Shown here piece by piece: positions 17,837 to 30,101 of a DNA stretch of 64,000 nt. The DNA is taken from NCBI GenBank assembly GCA_027311945.1, contig DAICXZ010000009.1, positions 114,243 through 178,242 on the forward strand. Direction: 5' to 3'. Source of the stretch: Erythrobacter sp. Its GTDB lineage: Bacteria; Pseudomonadota; Alphaproteobacteria; Sphingomonadales; Sphingomonadaceae. How positions within the stretch are numbered: position 1 is the first letter of the stretch; each line of letters begins with the position of its first letter. The notes below the pieces were generated by a model that saw only the letters and a program-made list of their open reading frames with translations, did not search any database and had not been told where the DNA came from. Position numbers and translations under genes: made by a program.

Positions 17837-17864
17837 GGGCCGTCGTATGTCCTTGCGACGGCCC
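17837..17864. terminator. Stem-loop between convergent genes
   Basis: gggccgtcg-tatgtccttg-cgacggccc lies between the stop at 17824 and the permease stop at 17874. Confidence 0.45.
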
Positions 17865-17873
17865 GAAACTCAC

Positions 17874-19463
17874 TCAGCGATCGCGCTGGCTCTCTGGCGT
17901 ATCGATCGGAAAATCGTGCTCCAAGCCCCCAATATCGTCGACCACTTCCACTACTCCGCGACCGAGATGGCTGTGGCGCCGACTGTAGCCCAGATAGATC
18001 AGGATACCGAGCAAGCCCCATCCGGGCAGGAAGAGCATCGCTTCGGTCGGCAGGTTGAGAAACAGGAATATCGTACCCAGCACCGTCAATGGGGCAACGA
18101 CCCAAACAGCCGGAACTCTGAACGAACGCTGCCGTTGCGGATCGCGCTTGCGCAGCACCATCACGGCAATCGCCACCATCATGAACGCATAGAGCGTTCC
18201 CGCGTTCGAAATGTCGGCCAGCTTGCCGACAGGGAAGAATGCAGCCGCTATCGCGACCACGCCACCGGTGAGCAAAGTCACCACGTGCGGAGTCTTGTAC
18301 TTGGGATGCACCGAACTCAGCTTTTCCGGTAGCAGGCCATCGCGCGCCATCACGAAAAAGATGCGAGTCTGGCCGAAGATCAGCACCAGGATCACAGACG
18401 GCAAGGCGAGGAAGGCCGCAATACCCAAGGCATTACCGATACCGGAAAAGCCGATTTCGCGCAGCACATGCGCCAGCGCCTCGTTCGAGCAGACCAGCGC
18501 ACCAGCATGTTCGGGCATCGCGCATTGGCGCGCCAGCTCTTCAGAACCGGCCGGGAATGGCACACCGCCCGGCCCCATGATCGGTTGTCCGCCGATCGTG
18601 CCCACCGCACCCGCGGCCACCGCGATATAGAACACGGTGCAGAACAACAGCGAACCTACCAGCCCGATCGGGACGTTACGCTGCGGGTTCTTGGTTTCCT
18701 CGGCTGCGGTGGAGACGGCATCGAAGCCAACATAGGCAAAGAAGATCGTGGCCGCCGCGCCCACCGCGCCGACACCCGTGCCCCAGCCTCCGAAGATACC
18801 CGCGGGCAGGAAGGGGTTGAACTTGTCGGTAGAAAACTCGGGGCTGGTAAATGTGAGTGCCACGAAGGCAGTCAGCGCGATTACTTTGATGGAGACCAGA
18901 ATGGCGTTGAGCTTGGCGCTCTCACTGGTGCCGATCACAAGCAGGCCGGTGATCAGCAGCGCGATGACAAGAGCAGGCAGGTTGATCATCCCGCCCGGCG
19001 CGCCGCCCAGCGCCAGTGGCCCGGCAGATAGAGCCGGTGGCAGACTGACCCCGAGAATCTCATTGAGGAAGGTGCCGGAAAAATACCCTGACCAGCCGAC
19101 AGACACCGCCGAAGCGGCGATGGCATATTCCATGATCAGGGCCCAGCCCACAGTCCAGGCCAGAAACTCGCCCATCGAGGCGTAGGAATAGGTGTAGGCG
19201 CTCCCCGCTACCGGGATCATCGCGGCAATTTCGGCATAGCAGAGCGCGGCCACGATACAGACCGCCCCGGCGATGGCGAAGGCCAGCATCAGGCCCGGCC
19301 CAGCCTTCTGCGCGCCCGCAGAAGTCAGCACGAAAATGCCGGTGCCGATGACCGCACCAATCCCGAACAAGGTCAGCTGGAATGCGCCAAGCGTGCGATG
19401 CAGTGATTTCTTGTTGGCTGTCGCCAGGATTGCGTCGAGAGGCTTGATGCGATCCAGAAGCAT
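17874..19463 (-). CDS. Amino acid permease (APC superfamily)
   Basis: 529 aa with about 12-14 TM segments. The N-terminal motif FQLTLFGIGAVIGTGIFVLTS is typical of APC/cationic amino acid transporters. Confidence 0.85.
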   Translation of the reverse strand: MLLDRIKPLDAILATANKKSLHRTLGAFQLTLFGIGAVIGTGIFVLTSAGAQKAGPGLMLAFAIAGAVCIVAALCYAEIAAMIPVAGSAYTYSYASMGEFLAWTVGWALIMEYAIAASAVSVGWSGYFSGTFLNEILGVSLPPALSAGPLALGGAPGGMINLPALVIALLITGLLVIGTSESAKLNAILVSIKVIALTAFVALTFTSPEFSTDKFNPFLPAGIFGGWGTGVGAVGAAATIFFAYVGFDAVSTAAEETKNPQRNVPIGLVGSLLFCTVFYIAVAAGAVGTIGGQPIMGPGGVPFPAGSEELARQCAMPEHAGALVCSNEALAHVLREIGFSGIGNALGIAAFLALPSVILVLIFGQTRIFFVMARDGLLPEKLSSVHPKYKTPHVVTLLTGGVVAIAAAFFPVGKLADISNAGTLYAFMMVAIAVMVLRKRDPQRQRSFRVPAVWVVAPLTVLGTIFLFLNLPTEAMLFLPGWGLLGILIYLGYSRRHSHLGRGVVEVVDDIGGLEHDFPIDTPESQRDR

Positions 19464-19642
19464 AAAGGGCTCTATTCCAAATTAAGAGGCCCGCCCCGTT
19501 CGGGCCTTTGTGTCGGCGAAGCTAATATATGTCGCGCCCATGGCAAGCCGGAATGCTGGATTGCCCGCAGTTCCCCACAATCTGGCAAAATCGCCGACGC
19601 GCACGGCTTGTTGTGAAGGAATCTGAAGGCTAGAACCGCGCC

Positions 19643-20512
19643 ATGTCCACCAGCTTCACGCTCGACACCTCCACCAGCCGCGCCAACCCCACGCCCGCGC
19701 CGATGAAACGGCTGACGGTTCCTGCAATCCGCGCGCGCAAGGTCGATGGCGTTACCGCCGAGCCAGTCGTCATGCTCACCGCCTATACCGCGCGGCAGGC
19801 GCAGCTGCTCGATCCGCACTGCGATATGCTGCTGGTAGGGGATTCGCTGGGGCAGGTGATCTATGGCCTGCCTTCCACCATCCCCGTCACGCTAGACATG
19901 ATGGCCAACCACGCCGCTGCCGTTGTGCGCGGCTCTTACCATTCGGTGGTTGTGGTCGATATGCCCTTCGGTTCTTACGAGGCTTCGCCGCAAGCCGCTT
20001 TCGATGCCGCCGCCATGCTGCTGAAGGCAAGCAATGCGGCTGCCGTGAAGCTGGAAGGCGGAGAAGCCATGGCCGAGACCGTCGCCTTCCTCGTTCAGCG
20101 CGGCATTCCGGTGGTCGGCCATGTCGGGCTTACCCCGCAGGCGGTGAATGTGCTTGGGGGCTATGGCGCGCGCGGGCGCTCCGATGCCGAGGCCGACAAG
20201 ATTGTGAGCGATGCCAAGGCCTTGTGCGACGCGGGCGCCTTTGCCATCGTGGTTGAAGGCGTGGTCGAACCCATTGCCATTGCGGTAACCGAAGCGGTGA
20301 ACTGCATCACCATCGGCATCGGCGCTTCGGCCAAGTGCGACGGGCAAGTGCTGGTGACCGAAGACATGCTCGGCATGTTCGAGCGTGTTCCCCGCTTCGT
20401 CAAACGCTATGAAGACATGGCCGGCCTGATCAGCCGCACCGCCGAAACCTACGCCGCCGAAGTGCGTGGGCGCAGCTTCCCCGGCCCCGAACAGACCTAT
20501 CAGCCCAAGTAG
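19643..20512 (+). CDS. panB: 3-methyl-2-oxobutanoate hydroxymethyltransferase
   Basis: 289 aa. Motifs MLTAYTA, LVGDSLG, KLEGG and GHVGLTPQ are characteristic of PanB. Confidence 0.92.
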   Translation: MSTSFTLDTSTSRANPTPAPMKRLTVPAIRARKVDGVTAEPVVMLTAYTARQAQLLDPHCDMLLVGDSLGQVIYGLPSTIPVTLDMMANHAAAVVRGSYHSVVVVDMPFGSYEASPQAAFDAAAMLLKASNAAAVKLEGGEAMAETVAFLVQRGIPVVGHVGLTPQAVNVLGGYGARGRSDAEADKIVSDAKALCDAGAFAIVVEGVVEPIAIAVTEAVNCITIGIGASAKCDGQVLVTEDMLGMFERVPRFVKRYEDMAGLISRTAETYAAEVRGRSFPGPEQTYQPK

Positions 20513-20616
20513 CGCAGCGGGCTCGGTGGGGGAACGCTTGCGCCGCCCGCCTCACCCGCCTAGCGCTCGCTAGTTCGAAATCTATCCCGCTTCTTTCACC
20601 GCGAGACGCCAGGTAC

Positions 20617-21692
20617 ATGTCCACACTGCTGCGCTATTATAAATTCTCGCTCGCTTTCACACTCGTCTGCTTCGGGCTGGCGGTATGGTACGGGGCAGCC
20701 AGCACGGGCAGCTTGGGCGGCATGCTGGAGATCCTGTGGATCGTGGCCATCCTCTCGGTGCTCGAAGTGTCGCTCAGCTTCGATAACGCGGTCGTGAATG
20801 CCACCGTGCTCAAGGAGATGGATGAGAAGTGGCAGCAACGCTTCCTTGTCTGGGGCATTGCCATTGCAGTGTTCGGCACCCGCATCATCTTCCCGCTTGC
20901 GATCGTCGCCATCGCGGCGGGAATCGGCCCGATCGAGGCGATTGATCTGTCGCTCAACAATCCGCAGGAATACGAGCGGATCGTCTCTTCGGCGCATGTC
21001 GGCATTGCGGGCTTCGGCGGAGCCTTCCTCGCTATGGTCGGCCTCAAGTTCTTCTTCGACGGCGAGAAGGACGTTCACTGGATCACGGCGATAGAAACCC
21101 GTCTTTCGCGCGTTTCGGCCCTGCCTGCGATCGAGATCGGGCTCCTGCTGGTAGTCTTGTGGATCATTTCCACCTTCCTGCCAGAAACGGAGGCGCTGAC
21201 TTTCCTTACGGCGGGCATGCTCGGCCTTGCCACCTATATTGCAGTTGACGCTCTGGGCTCCTGGCTTGACCAGAAGGAACAGGCCAAGAAGGCGAGCGGC
21301 GCCGTTATGCGTTCGGGCCTGGGCGGTTTCCTCTATCTCGAAGTGCTTGACGCTTCGTTCAGCTTCGATGGCGTGATCGGCGCCTTTGCCCTGTCAAACA
21401 ACATGATCGTGATCGCGCTGGGGCTGTCAATTGGCGCCATGTTCGTGCGATCGATGACGATCCACCTTGTCCGTCAGGGCACCCTGGCCGAATATCGCTA
21501 TCTTGAGCACGGCGCTTTTTGGGCGATCATCGTGCTCGGTTCGATCATGCTGCTATCGGCCCTTGTGCATATTCCTGAGGTCTTTACCGGCCTGATCGGA
21601 GCGACGCTTATCGGGTTTTCCCTGTGGTGGTCGGTCCGGTTCAACCGTCGCAACGGTTCAGTTCCGGACGAGAGGGAAGCATCGTCCCAAAC

Positions 21693-21696
<4 letters not shown>
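20617..21696 (+). CDS. DUF475 family integral membrane protein (TerC-superfamily-like)
   Basis: 359 aa multi-pass protein with the motif LEVSLSFDNAVVNA, repeated as LEVLDASFSFDGVIGAFA. Confidence 0.72.
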
Positions 21697-23056
<1,360 letters not shown>

Positions 23057-23060
<4 letters not shown>

Positions 23061-25165
23061 GCCACCTCGGCGTTCACATCGTTGATATTGGACCGCATTG
23101 CGGCAACTGTGCTGGTCGGCATTCGCAGCAGAAACCGTGTCCCCTGCCCCTCGCGGGATTCGACGTCGAGCCGACCGCCCATGGCGCGGATCATCTCGCG
23201 CGCTTCGAAAGCACCGATGCCGAAACCTCCCGGCTTGGAGGAGTGGAACGGCTTGAACAGGTGCGTGCGGATGAACTCGGGGCTCATACCAACACCGTTG
23301 TCAGCAACTTCGATAATGGCGGTGTCTTGCTCCACGCGCAGGTCGAGCGTCACCGGAGAATTCGGCGCGCTTGCCTCGATGGCGTTCTGCACCAGATGGA
23401 CGAGCGATTGCTCGAGCGCCTCGGTATTGGCTTCAATGAAGCAGGCAGGATGCTCTGCTGAGATCACCTCATGCCGCGCGCTGTATTGCCCGGCAACCGA
23501 ACCGATCATAGTCGCCAGATCGACCTGTTCACGAACCGCTCCCGACTGCGCCCCGTATCGACCGAGGCGGGCCAGCAGCGCCTGCAACTTGTCGGTCGAG
23601 TTCCTGAGCGTCAGCAGCATGTCTGCGCGAAATTCGGGCTTGTCGGCGTGAATTTCGGCATTGCGTGCCAGCAGCGAAAGCTGGCTGGCGAGGTTCTTGA
23701 TGTCGTGCATCACGAAGGCGATGCGGCGGTTGAATTCGTCGAACCGCTGCGCTTCGCCCAGCGCGTCCTGGCTCGCATGTTCTGCAAGGTAGCTGGCCAG
23801 CTGTCGGCCGACCACGCGCAGGAGATCGAAGTCCTCCCAGTCGAGCTGACGCGCCAGCGGCGGGCGGGCAAGCACAACGAGGCCGACAAGCCGCTCGTAA
23901 TGGACCAGCGGCACCACGGCCCAGGCGCGTTCGTCGTCGAATAGCCAGGCGGGATAGGCCGTGGGCGGGATTGCCTGCTCACGCCCGGCGCGCAGATCGT
24001 CGAGGTCGAGGATGAACTGGCTCTCCTCGAAGAACCGAGCGCCATCGCAGCAGACGGCTACGCCCGGCACTTCGATGGCGTCCCATTGCCAGCGCGCGGC
24101 GAGCGCCAGCCCGCCTTCATCCAGCGGGCTGAGCAGCAGGCCGGCCGGGCTGTCGGTCACGTCGGCAACTGCCTGCACGATGCGCTGCGGCAAAGGCGGC
24201 GCCTCCGGTCCGGCGCGACCGATCGTGTCGGTGAAGCGAAGCCACTCGGTGCGATAGTCGTAGCGATGCTGAAACAGGTGCTTCGAGACCATCACCCTGA
24301 GCCAACGGCGCAGCTTGGGCGAAGGCAGCACTGCCAGAGCCATGGCGCTGGCCGCCAGCATGAACCCGGCTTGCATGGCAGGCGCATAGGCATTGCCCGC
24401 ATAGGCAATCGCCTGAGCGACCACCACCATCACCACCAGATAGGTGCCGATCACCAGCAGCGAGAACGACTGGAACGCAAAGCTGCGCGAAGGGCGGAAC
24501 TTCAGCTCGGTCTCGTTGCGCAGCGCGCCGACGGCCAGCACAATTACCGCCGCCAGCAGCGAGGCACCGCGCAGCTGGGCAAGCATGTCGGGCAGCCCGT
24601 TGAGCAGATAGGCAATGGTGTAGAAGTTGAGATCGTAAAGCCAGATCGCGCCCATGGCTGCGGCGGGCCAGCGCAGCGATTGGCGCGACTGTTGCTCGGC
24701 CCCGGCATAGAGATTGTGCACCAGCACCAGAGCGCCCACACAGAACAGCAGGCGGAAGATCACGGCGAAGTGCGCAATCAGTTGCGCGGGTGCGGTGTCG
24801 CTGGGATGGCTGATCAAGGCCAGCAGCGTTGAAAGATGCAGCAGTTCCACCAGCGCCAGCGATGCAACCACCGGGCGGATCGGCGCGAGGTTCTTGTCGC
24901 GGTCGTCGTGCCCGAAAAGGCGGTAGAGCAGCCATAACCATGCGAAATAGGTGGCCGAAAGCATGAGGAGAGTCGGCATGGCGAGATAGCCAAAGCCGAC
25001 CGCGCAGAAGCCCCATGCGCTGGATACGCCCAGCGCTACGGCAGTGGCCGTCTTGGCAGGGCTTTTTGCGCGCTCGCTGGAGAGAAGCCAAATGGCAAGC
25101 ACGGCCGCCCCCGAGGCACCGGCCACGAACATGAGGAAGACAAACAGGAACCACAGCGGCCCCAT
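23057..25165 (-). CDS. prsK: XrtA/PEP-CTERM system histidine kinase PrsK
   Basis: 702 aa. It has a long polytopic N-terminus, a GAF-like region, an H-box (FVMHDIKNLASQLSL) and a HATPase domain (GFGIGAFEAREMI). Its stop overlaps the prsR start. Confidence 0.8.
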
Positions 25166-26598
25166 CAGCGCGCGCCCTCTGGCCAGAGCACCACGCGCAG
25201 CGTCTGCAACAGGATCAGCAGATCAAGGAATGGCGTGTAGTTCTTGGCGTAGTAGAGATCGTATTCGAGCTTGGCGCGCGCATCCTCGACCGACGCGCCA
25301 TAGGGATAGTTGATCTGCGCCCAGCCCGTGATCCCCGGCTTCACCATGTGCCGCTCGGTATAGTAAGGCAGCTCGGCGTCCAGTTCCTCGACGAATTTGG
25401 GCACCTCGGGCCGCGGACCGACGAAGCTCATCTCGCCTTTGAGGACGGTCCACACCTGTGGCAGCTCATCGACCCGGACCTTGCGGATGACGTTGCCGAC
25501 ACGGGTGATACGTGGATCGTCCTTGTCGGCCCATTTTGCGCCGTCCTTCTCGGCGTCGGTGCGCATTGAGCGCAGCTTCACCAGCTCGAATTTCTGGCCG
25601 TAAAGGCCCACGCGCTGTTGGCGGAAGAAGGCCGGACCTTTGGAATCGATCTTGACCAGCAGGGCGAAGAACAGGATCACCGGAAGCGCGAGGACCAGCA
25701 GCAGCAGGCTGGCGGTGACGTCGAACACACGCTTGGCGAAGCTGGAGAACATCCGGCTTGATGAAAAGCCGTCGGAAAATATCAGCCAACTCGGGTTGAG
25801 CGTGTCGAGATCGACCCGGCCCGTCTCGCGTTCGAGGAAGCTCGAGAAATCGTTCACATGGACGCCCGCGGTCTTGATCCGCAGCAAGTCCTTCAGCGGC
25901 AATGCATTGCGCCGCTCTTCGAGGGCGAGCACAACCTCGGTGACGCCCAGATTGCTGACGAACTTGGCCAGATCATGGATCGCCGAGCGCGCGATGGCCT
26001 CGGCGATGATGGTTTTCTGCTGATCGCCCATCGCGATATAGCCAACGATAGCGAAGCCGCTGCCGGGCCTTTCACTCAGTTCGAGCAGGCGCTGCGCCCG
26101 TGGGCCCGCACCAAGCACCAGAACCCGGCGCCGAAAGGCCGCCGTGCCGAGCAGACCGCCCACCAAGAGACGGTTCGCGACCAGCAGGCCGATGGAAAGC
26201 CCCATCGAATAGAGCAGCGTCGAACGCCAGAAGGTGTGCCCCGGCAGGAGAAAGTCGATCAGCGCGAGGGCGAGGATGGCAAGGCTCACCGCGACCAGCA
26301 GGCGGGCGCAGGCAAACCGCATCGAGCGCAGCGCATCGGCGCCGTAAACGCCCACCGCGATCATCGCGGCAAGCGTGGTGAAGGCAAAGGCACTCAGCGG
26401 CACGAGGCGCTCGGCCAGGGGGCCGGGGATCATGGCGATCTGAGACGCCCTGAACGTCCAGGCGAAATTGGCCGCGATCAGCAACAACACAAAATCGAGC
26501 AGGCCGAGCAGCAACACGGCATGTGGAATGTAGTGTTTGAATAATCGGATCATGGTTCCTGCCGCTTGTCTCCGGATGGCCACCCGGCACTCGGGCAC
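25165..26598 (-). CDS. Polyprenyl glycosylphosphotransferase (EPS priming sugar transferase, PEP-CTERM-system-associated type)
   Basis: 477 aa with N-terminal TM segments. The C-terminal bacterial sugar transferase domain reads [13 protein letters not shown]...[17 protein letters not shown]...[21 protein letters not shown]. First gene of the operon containing prsK and prsR. Confidence 0.85.
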   Translation of the reverse strand: MPECRVAIRRQAAGTMIRLFKHYIPHAVLLLGLLDFVLLLIAANFAWTFRASQIAMIPGPLAERLVPLSAFAFTTLAAMIAVGVYGADALRSMRFACARLLVAVSLAILALALIDFLLPGHTFWRSTLLYSMGLSIGLLVANRLLVGGLLGTAAFRRRVLVLGAGPRAQRLLELSERPGSGFAIVGYIAMGDQQKTIIAEAIARSAIHDLAKFVSNLGVTEVVLALEERRNALPLKDLLRIKTAGVHVNDFSSFLERETGRVDLDTLNPSWLIFSDGFSSSRMFSSFAKRVFDVTASLLLLVLALPVILFFALLVKIDSKGPAFFRQQRVGLYGQKFELVKLRSMRTDAEKDGAKWADKDDPRITRVGNVIRKVRVDELPQVWTVLKGEMSFVGPRPEVPKFVEELDAELPYYTERHMVKPGITGWAQINYPYGASVEDARAKLEYDLYYAKNYTPFLDLLILLQTLRVVLWPEGAR

Positions 26599-26733
26599 TA
26601 GCCGGTAAGGATAAATTGTCGGTAAACTTTACAACCGGCAGGGTTCAAGCACCTCGACCAAAATATATCATAGGTGAATATCTGTATGCCTTTGACCTAA
26701 TGTTTAAGGGTTATCCCGTATGCGACAGTTGCG

Positions 26734-27240
26734 ATGGCACAGATCAGAAAACCTGCGGTCCCGCCCAAGCTGTTCAAGCACTTCGCCATGGCAACGGTTG
26801 CACTGACCGCTGCCGTCGCGATGCTGGCGGACGGCAGCCATCGCGAGGCAAAGGGTGATGGCGAACTGACGCAAGCCTCCGAAAGCAGTGCCGCCAGAGA
26901 GAAACCCGCGCTCTTGCGCCGGGACATCGGTAGATCGGACCGTGCCAGCGATGGCGGGGACTTCTATGCGGATTCCGCAAGCGCATTCGGAGCGCCGATG
27001 GTCCAGCCCGTTCGATCTGGCGGCACCATCGCACCCCAGCAGGCTTCGCGCGGAGGCATCCGTCCTCCCGTTGCGGGATACTCACAGACCTATCTCGATA
27101 GCCTCAGCGATGAGGAATACGAGGCCCTCGTCGAAGGGCTGCGAGAGGCAGGTATGCTCGACCCCGATCAACGCGATTTCCAGGTTGCCGCGCTCGAGCG
27201 GGAATCGGAATCGCGCAGCGGCAAGGCCACGCGGGACTAA
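26734..27240 (+). CDS. Hypothetical single-pass membrane protein
   Basis: 168 aa. It has one hydrophobic segment (FAMATVALTAAVAMLA), and its third-position codon bias looks like the neighbouring genes. I recognise no domain. Confidence 0.45.
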   Translation: MAQIRKPAVPPKLFKHFAMATVALTAAVAMLADGSHREAKGDGELTQASESSAAREKPALLRRDIGRSDRASDGGDFYADSASAFGAPMVQPVRSGGTIAPQQASRGGIRPPVAGYSQTYLDSLSDEEYEALVEGLREAGMLDPDQRDFQVAALERESESRSGKATRD

Positions 27241-27241
27241 G

Positions 27242-29038
27242 CTACATTCCGTAGGTTATGGCCAGCAGGATACTGAGCGTGGTAACCATGATCAGCACCA
27301 GTGGCACGCCCGTGCGCAGATAGTCGGCGAAGGAATAGCGCCCCTCGGCCATGATCAGCATGTTGGTCTGATAGGCGATCGGAGTTGCATAGCAAAGGTT
27401 GCAACCGAACAGCACGGCCAGCACCAGCGGTTCTTGCGGCATGCCGAGCTGGGTCGCCAGATTGAACGCAATCGGCGTGCCGACGGTGGCCGCAGTTGCG
27501 TTGGAGGCAAAGTTGGTCAGCACAGTCACAAACAGCATGATCGCTGCAATCACGCCTGCTGGCGGGAGGTGTTGCAGGCCCAGCGCCAGCGCCTCGCCCA
27601 GCCACATCGCCGCGCCGCTATCGAGCACGATGCGCCCGATGGCGATGCTGGCGGCGACCAGCACGATCACCTTGCCAGACAGCGCGCGGCCCACCCGGTC
27701 GAACTTCACGCAGCCAGTCACGAACATCAGGATCGCACCGGCGAGCGCGGAAATGGCGATCGGCACCAGGCCCACCGAGGCGAAGGCGACCGAACCGAAC
27801 ATGATCGCCGCCGCAATCAGCGCCTTCGACCGGCGCGGCATCTCGCGCGCGCCTTCAAGCCGAAGCAGGCCGTCACCGGCGGTGAAGGCCTCGAGGCCGT
27901 CGCTGAGCCCCATCACCAGCAAGACGTCGCCTTCGCTGAGACGCACGTCGGCATCGACGTTGCTGCGCTCTTCCGCCAGCGGCTTGGCCGGGCGGTGGAT
28001 GCCGAGCACCGCAACGCCATAGTGATCGGCAATGTTGCTGCTGGCCAGCGTGCGACCGATCAGGCGGCTGTCGCCAGTCACGATCATCTCTACGACCTGA
28101 ATATCCTCGCCGCGCGCCTTGCCCTCGCTGCTGATCCGGTCAATCGCCCAGGCGGGCGCCACCGGGCCGCGCAGCAGCCGCATCGCGTTTTCAAGCCCCG
28201 CATGAGTGCCCGAGATCATCATGCGCTGGCCTGCCTCGAACGGCCCCGTCGGCCGCTCCTCGAAGCGAAAATCTTCCGGCAGCGTGGCGACGATTTCGTC
28301 GAAGTGCTTGCCCACCAGCCCGCTCAGCTCGGTTACGCGCAGCTTGGCGAAGAAACGGCGTTCGTGTTGGTCCTGGTCGGGCGAGTTGTCGGGCAACAAA
28401 CGCGGCATCACCAGCCAGAGGTAAGGAAAAGCGACGAGCGCAGCAGCCAGAACGATCGGTGTGTAGTGGAACACGCTCATCTGGGGCATGCCGAGATCGA
28501 CCGCGATGCCGACCACCAGCAGGTTGGTCGAGGTGCCAATGGTGGTTGCCATGCCGCCGATCAGCACCGCAGCGTTGATGGGAATGAGCGTCTTGGAAGC
28601 GGGCATGGCTCCACGTTGCGCAAGCGCAACGAAGATCGGCAACAGCAACACCAGCACTGGCGTATCGTTGACGATCATGGAAAGGCCCATGGCCATTCCC
28701 AGCGATACGAACAGGCCAAGCTGGGTGTTTACTTTCCAGACCCGTTCAAGCGCGCGCGACACTGGATCCAGCGCGCCGGTCACCACAAGCCCACGGCCCA
28801 TGATCATCAGTGCGCAGATCGTTATCAGCGCGTAATGACCAAATCCCCCGAAAGCGAGGGCGATCCCGTCGGTCGGCAGGGTATCGGGCAACGGATAGAA
28901 ATAGAGCCCCACGGCGATCACCGCGATGGTGCCGAGCGAGACGATCTCGGTCGACATCTTCCCCCGTGCGAACAGGTAGAAAACTACGACGGTCAGCACC
29001 ATGGCGGCAAGCGCATGGTAAGAAGGCATTGCGAGCAT
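27242..29038 (-). CDS. SLC13/DASS family permease with central TrkA-C domains
   Basis: 598 aa. Two transporter halves flank a soluble region containing TrkA_C-like repeats (VTELSGLVGKHFDEI... and VVEMIVTGDSRLIGRTLA...). Confidence 0.82.
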   Translation of the reverse strand: MLAMPSYHALAAMVLTVVVFYLFARGKMSTEIVSLGTIAVIAVGLYFYPLPDTLPTDGIALAFGGFGHYALITICALMIMGRGLVVTGALDPVSRALERVWKVNTQLGLFVSLGMAMGLSMIVNDTPVLVLLLPIFVALAQRGAMPASKTLIPINAAVLIGGMATTIGTSTNLLVVGIAVDLGMPQMSVFHYTPIVLAAALVAFPYLWLVMPRLLPDNSPDQDQHERRFFAKLRVTELSGLVGKHFDEIVATLPEDFRFEERPTGPFEAGQRMMISGTHAGLENAMRLLRGPVAPAWAIDRISSEGKARGEDIQVVEMIVTGDSRLIGRTLASSNIADHYGVAVLGIHRPAKPLAEERSNVDADVRLSEGDVLLVMGLSDGLEAFTAGDGLLRLEGAREMPRRSKALIAAAIMFGSVAFASVGLVPIAISALAGAILMFVTGCVKFDRVGRALSGKVIVLVAASIAIGRIVLDSGAAMWLGEALALGLQHLPPAGVIAAIMLFVTVLTNFASNATAATVGTPIAFNLATQLGMPQEPLVLAVLFGCNLCYATPIAYQTNMLIMAEGRYSFADYLRTGVPLVLIMVTTLSILLAITYGM

Positions 29039-29104
29039 AGGCCGCCTCTATCCCACCCTTCGCATGAGGTGAAGCGAAGACATCATAGCAACTTCTGCGT
29101 AGAC

Positions 29105-29135
29105 AACGAAAAAGGGGCGCAGTGAGCGCCCCTTT
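29105..29135 (-). terminator. Rho-independent terminator downstream of tRNA-Leu
   Basis: aaaggggcgc-agtga-gcgccccttt. On the minus strand the stem is followed by TTTTCGTT. Confidence 0.55.
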
Positions 29136-29142
29136 CGATGCC

Positions 29143-29227
29143 TGGTACCTCCGGCCGGACTCGAACCGGCACTTCCGAAGAAACTCGATTTTGAGTCGAG
29201 CGCGTCTACCAATTCCGCCACGGAGGC
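29143..29227 (-). tRNA. tRNA-Leu (anticodon CAA)
   Basis: The minus strand reads GCCTCCGTGGCGGAATTGGTAGACGCGCTCGACTCAAAATCGAGTTTCTTCGGAAGTGCCGGTTCGAGTCCGGCCGGAGGTACCA. It folds as a cloverleaf with a 7-bp acceptor stem, anticodon loop CUCAAAA, a long variable arm, T-loop TTCGAGT and an encoded CCA. Confidence 0.88.
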
Positions 29228-29273
29228 ATCGCTAGCGCAAGGGCCGATACAGCCCGCCGCGCGCCCTGACAAG

Positions 29274-30095
29274 CTATGCCTTGAGCGCTTCCGTCACCAA
29301 CTTGTGGAGACGCGAGTGCATCTGGTCGTTGCCGGCGATCACCTGCTTGTCGCAAATGGTGAGGCTACGTCCGCGATAGTCGGAGACGAAACCGCCCGCT
29401 TCGCGCACCAGCAGGCAGCCGGCGGCGGTGTCCCATGCGGACAGATCGCTTTCCCAGAACCCGTCGAAACGGCCTGCGGCCAGCCACGCGAGGTCAAGCG
29501 AGGCCGCGCCATAGCGGCGAATGCCTGCCACGTTCGGGCCGACACGGCCGAAGATGCGGGTCCATTCGGAGAAGTTGCCATGGCCCTGATAAGGCGTGCC
29601 CGTGGCGATCAGCGCCTCACTGAGGTGCCTGCGGCCGGAGACGCGCAGCCGCGCATCCTGCAGCCACGCGCCGCGCGTTTTCTCGGCCCAGAAGGTCTCG
29701 TCGGTGATCGGCTGATAGATGACACCGGCGGTGACCTCGCCCCACTCGTCCGAGCCGAGCTTTCGCTCCTGCACGGCGATCGAGATCGCGAAGTGCGGCA
29801 GGCCGTGGAGGAAGTTGCTGGTGCCATCGAGCGGGTCGATGATGAAGCGCGGCAGACCCGGCTCCGCCTCGATCTCGCCGCCCTCCTCAAGCAGATAGCC
29901 CCAACCAGGGCGCGCCGCCTTGAGTTCGTCCCACAGGATGCGCTCGGAGGCTTCGTCCGCCTTGGAGACGAAGTCGGCCGGGCCCTTGCGGCTGACCTGC
30001 AGGTTCTCGATTTCGCCGAAGTCGCGACGGAGGCGGGCGCCCGCCTTGCGGGCGGCCTTCTCCATCACGCGAATGAGGCCGGAAATTGCTGCCAT
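29274..30095 (-). CDS. suhB: Inositol monophosphatase family protein (SuhB-like)
   Basis: 273 aa. Motifs LEEGGE, IDPLDGTSNFLHG and WDTAAG are diagnostic of the IMPase family. Confidence 0.85.
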   Translation of the reverse strand: MAAISGLIRVMEKAARKAGARLRRDFGEIENLQVSRKGPADFVSKADEASERILWDELKAARPGWGYLLEEGGEIEAEPGLPRFIIDPLDGTSNFLHGLPHFAISIAVQERKLGSDEWGEVTAGVIYQPITDETFWAEKTRGAWLQDARLRVSGRRHLSEALIATGTPYQGHGNFSEWTRIFGRVGPNVAGIRRYGAASLDLAWLAAGRFDGFWESDLSAWDTAAGCLLVREAGGFVSDYRGRSLTICDKQVIAGNDQMHSRLHKLVTEALKA

Positions 30096-30101
30096 GACTG
30101 T

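Noticed and set aside
19487-19510. GC-rich hairpin with a T-tract (ggcccg-ccccgtt-cgggcc-tttgtg) in the divergent region between the permease gene and panB, considered as a terminator or sRNA end
   Set aside because: No gene on either strand ends upstream of it. It lies in the 5' leader of the permease gene. It may be a leader structure, but there is no further support. The 115-aa ORF at 19472..19819 that overlaps it and the start of panB looks spurious.
26599-26733. Sigma-54 (-24/-12) promoter expected for PrsR-dependent genes; also searched in 58460-58659
   Set aside because: The nearest candidates have the wrong GG-to-GC spacing or lack the TTGC element. These are TGGTCGAGGTGCTTGA on the minus strand near 26650, and TTGGCACGGGGCGAGA on the minus strand near 58615. 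No confident call is possible by eye.
26888-29125. 745-aa plus-strand ORF, the longest hypothetical ORF in the track
   Set aside because: It lies entirely antisense to the SLC13/TrkA-C permease gene, whose translation is a clean multi-pass transporter. The 745-aa translation is Arg/His/Gly/Ala-rich and low in complexity, with no recognisable motif. This is a typical stop-poor antisense frame in high-GC DNA.
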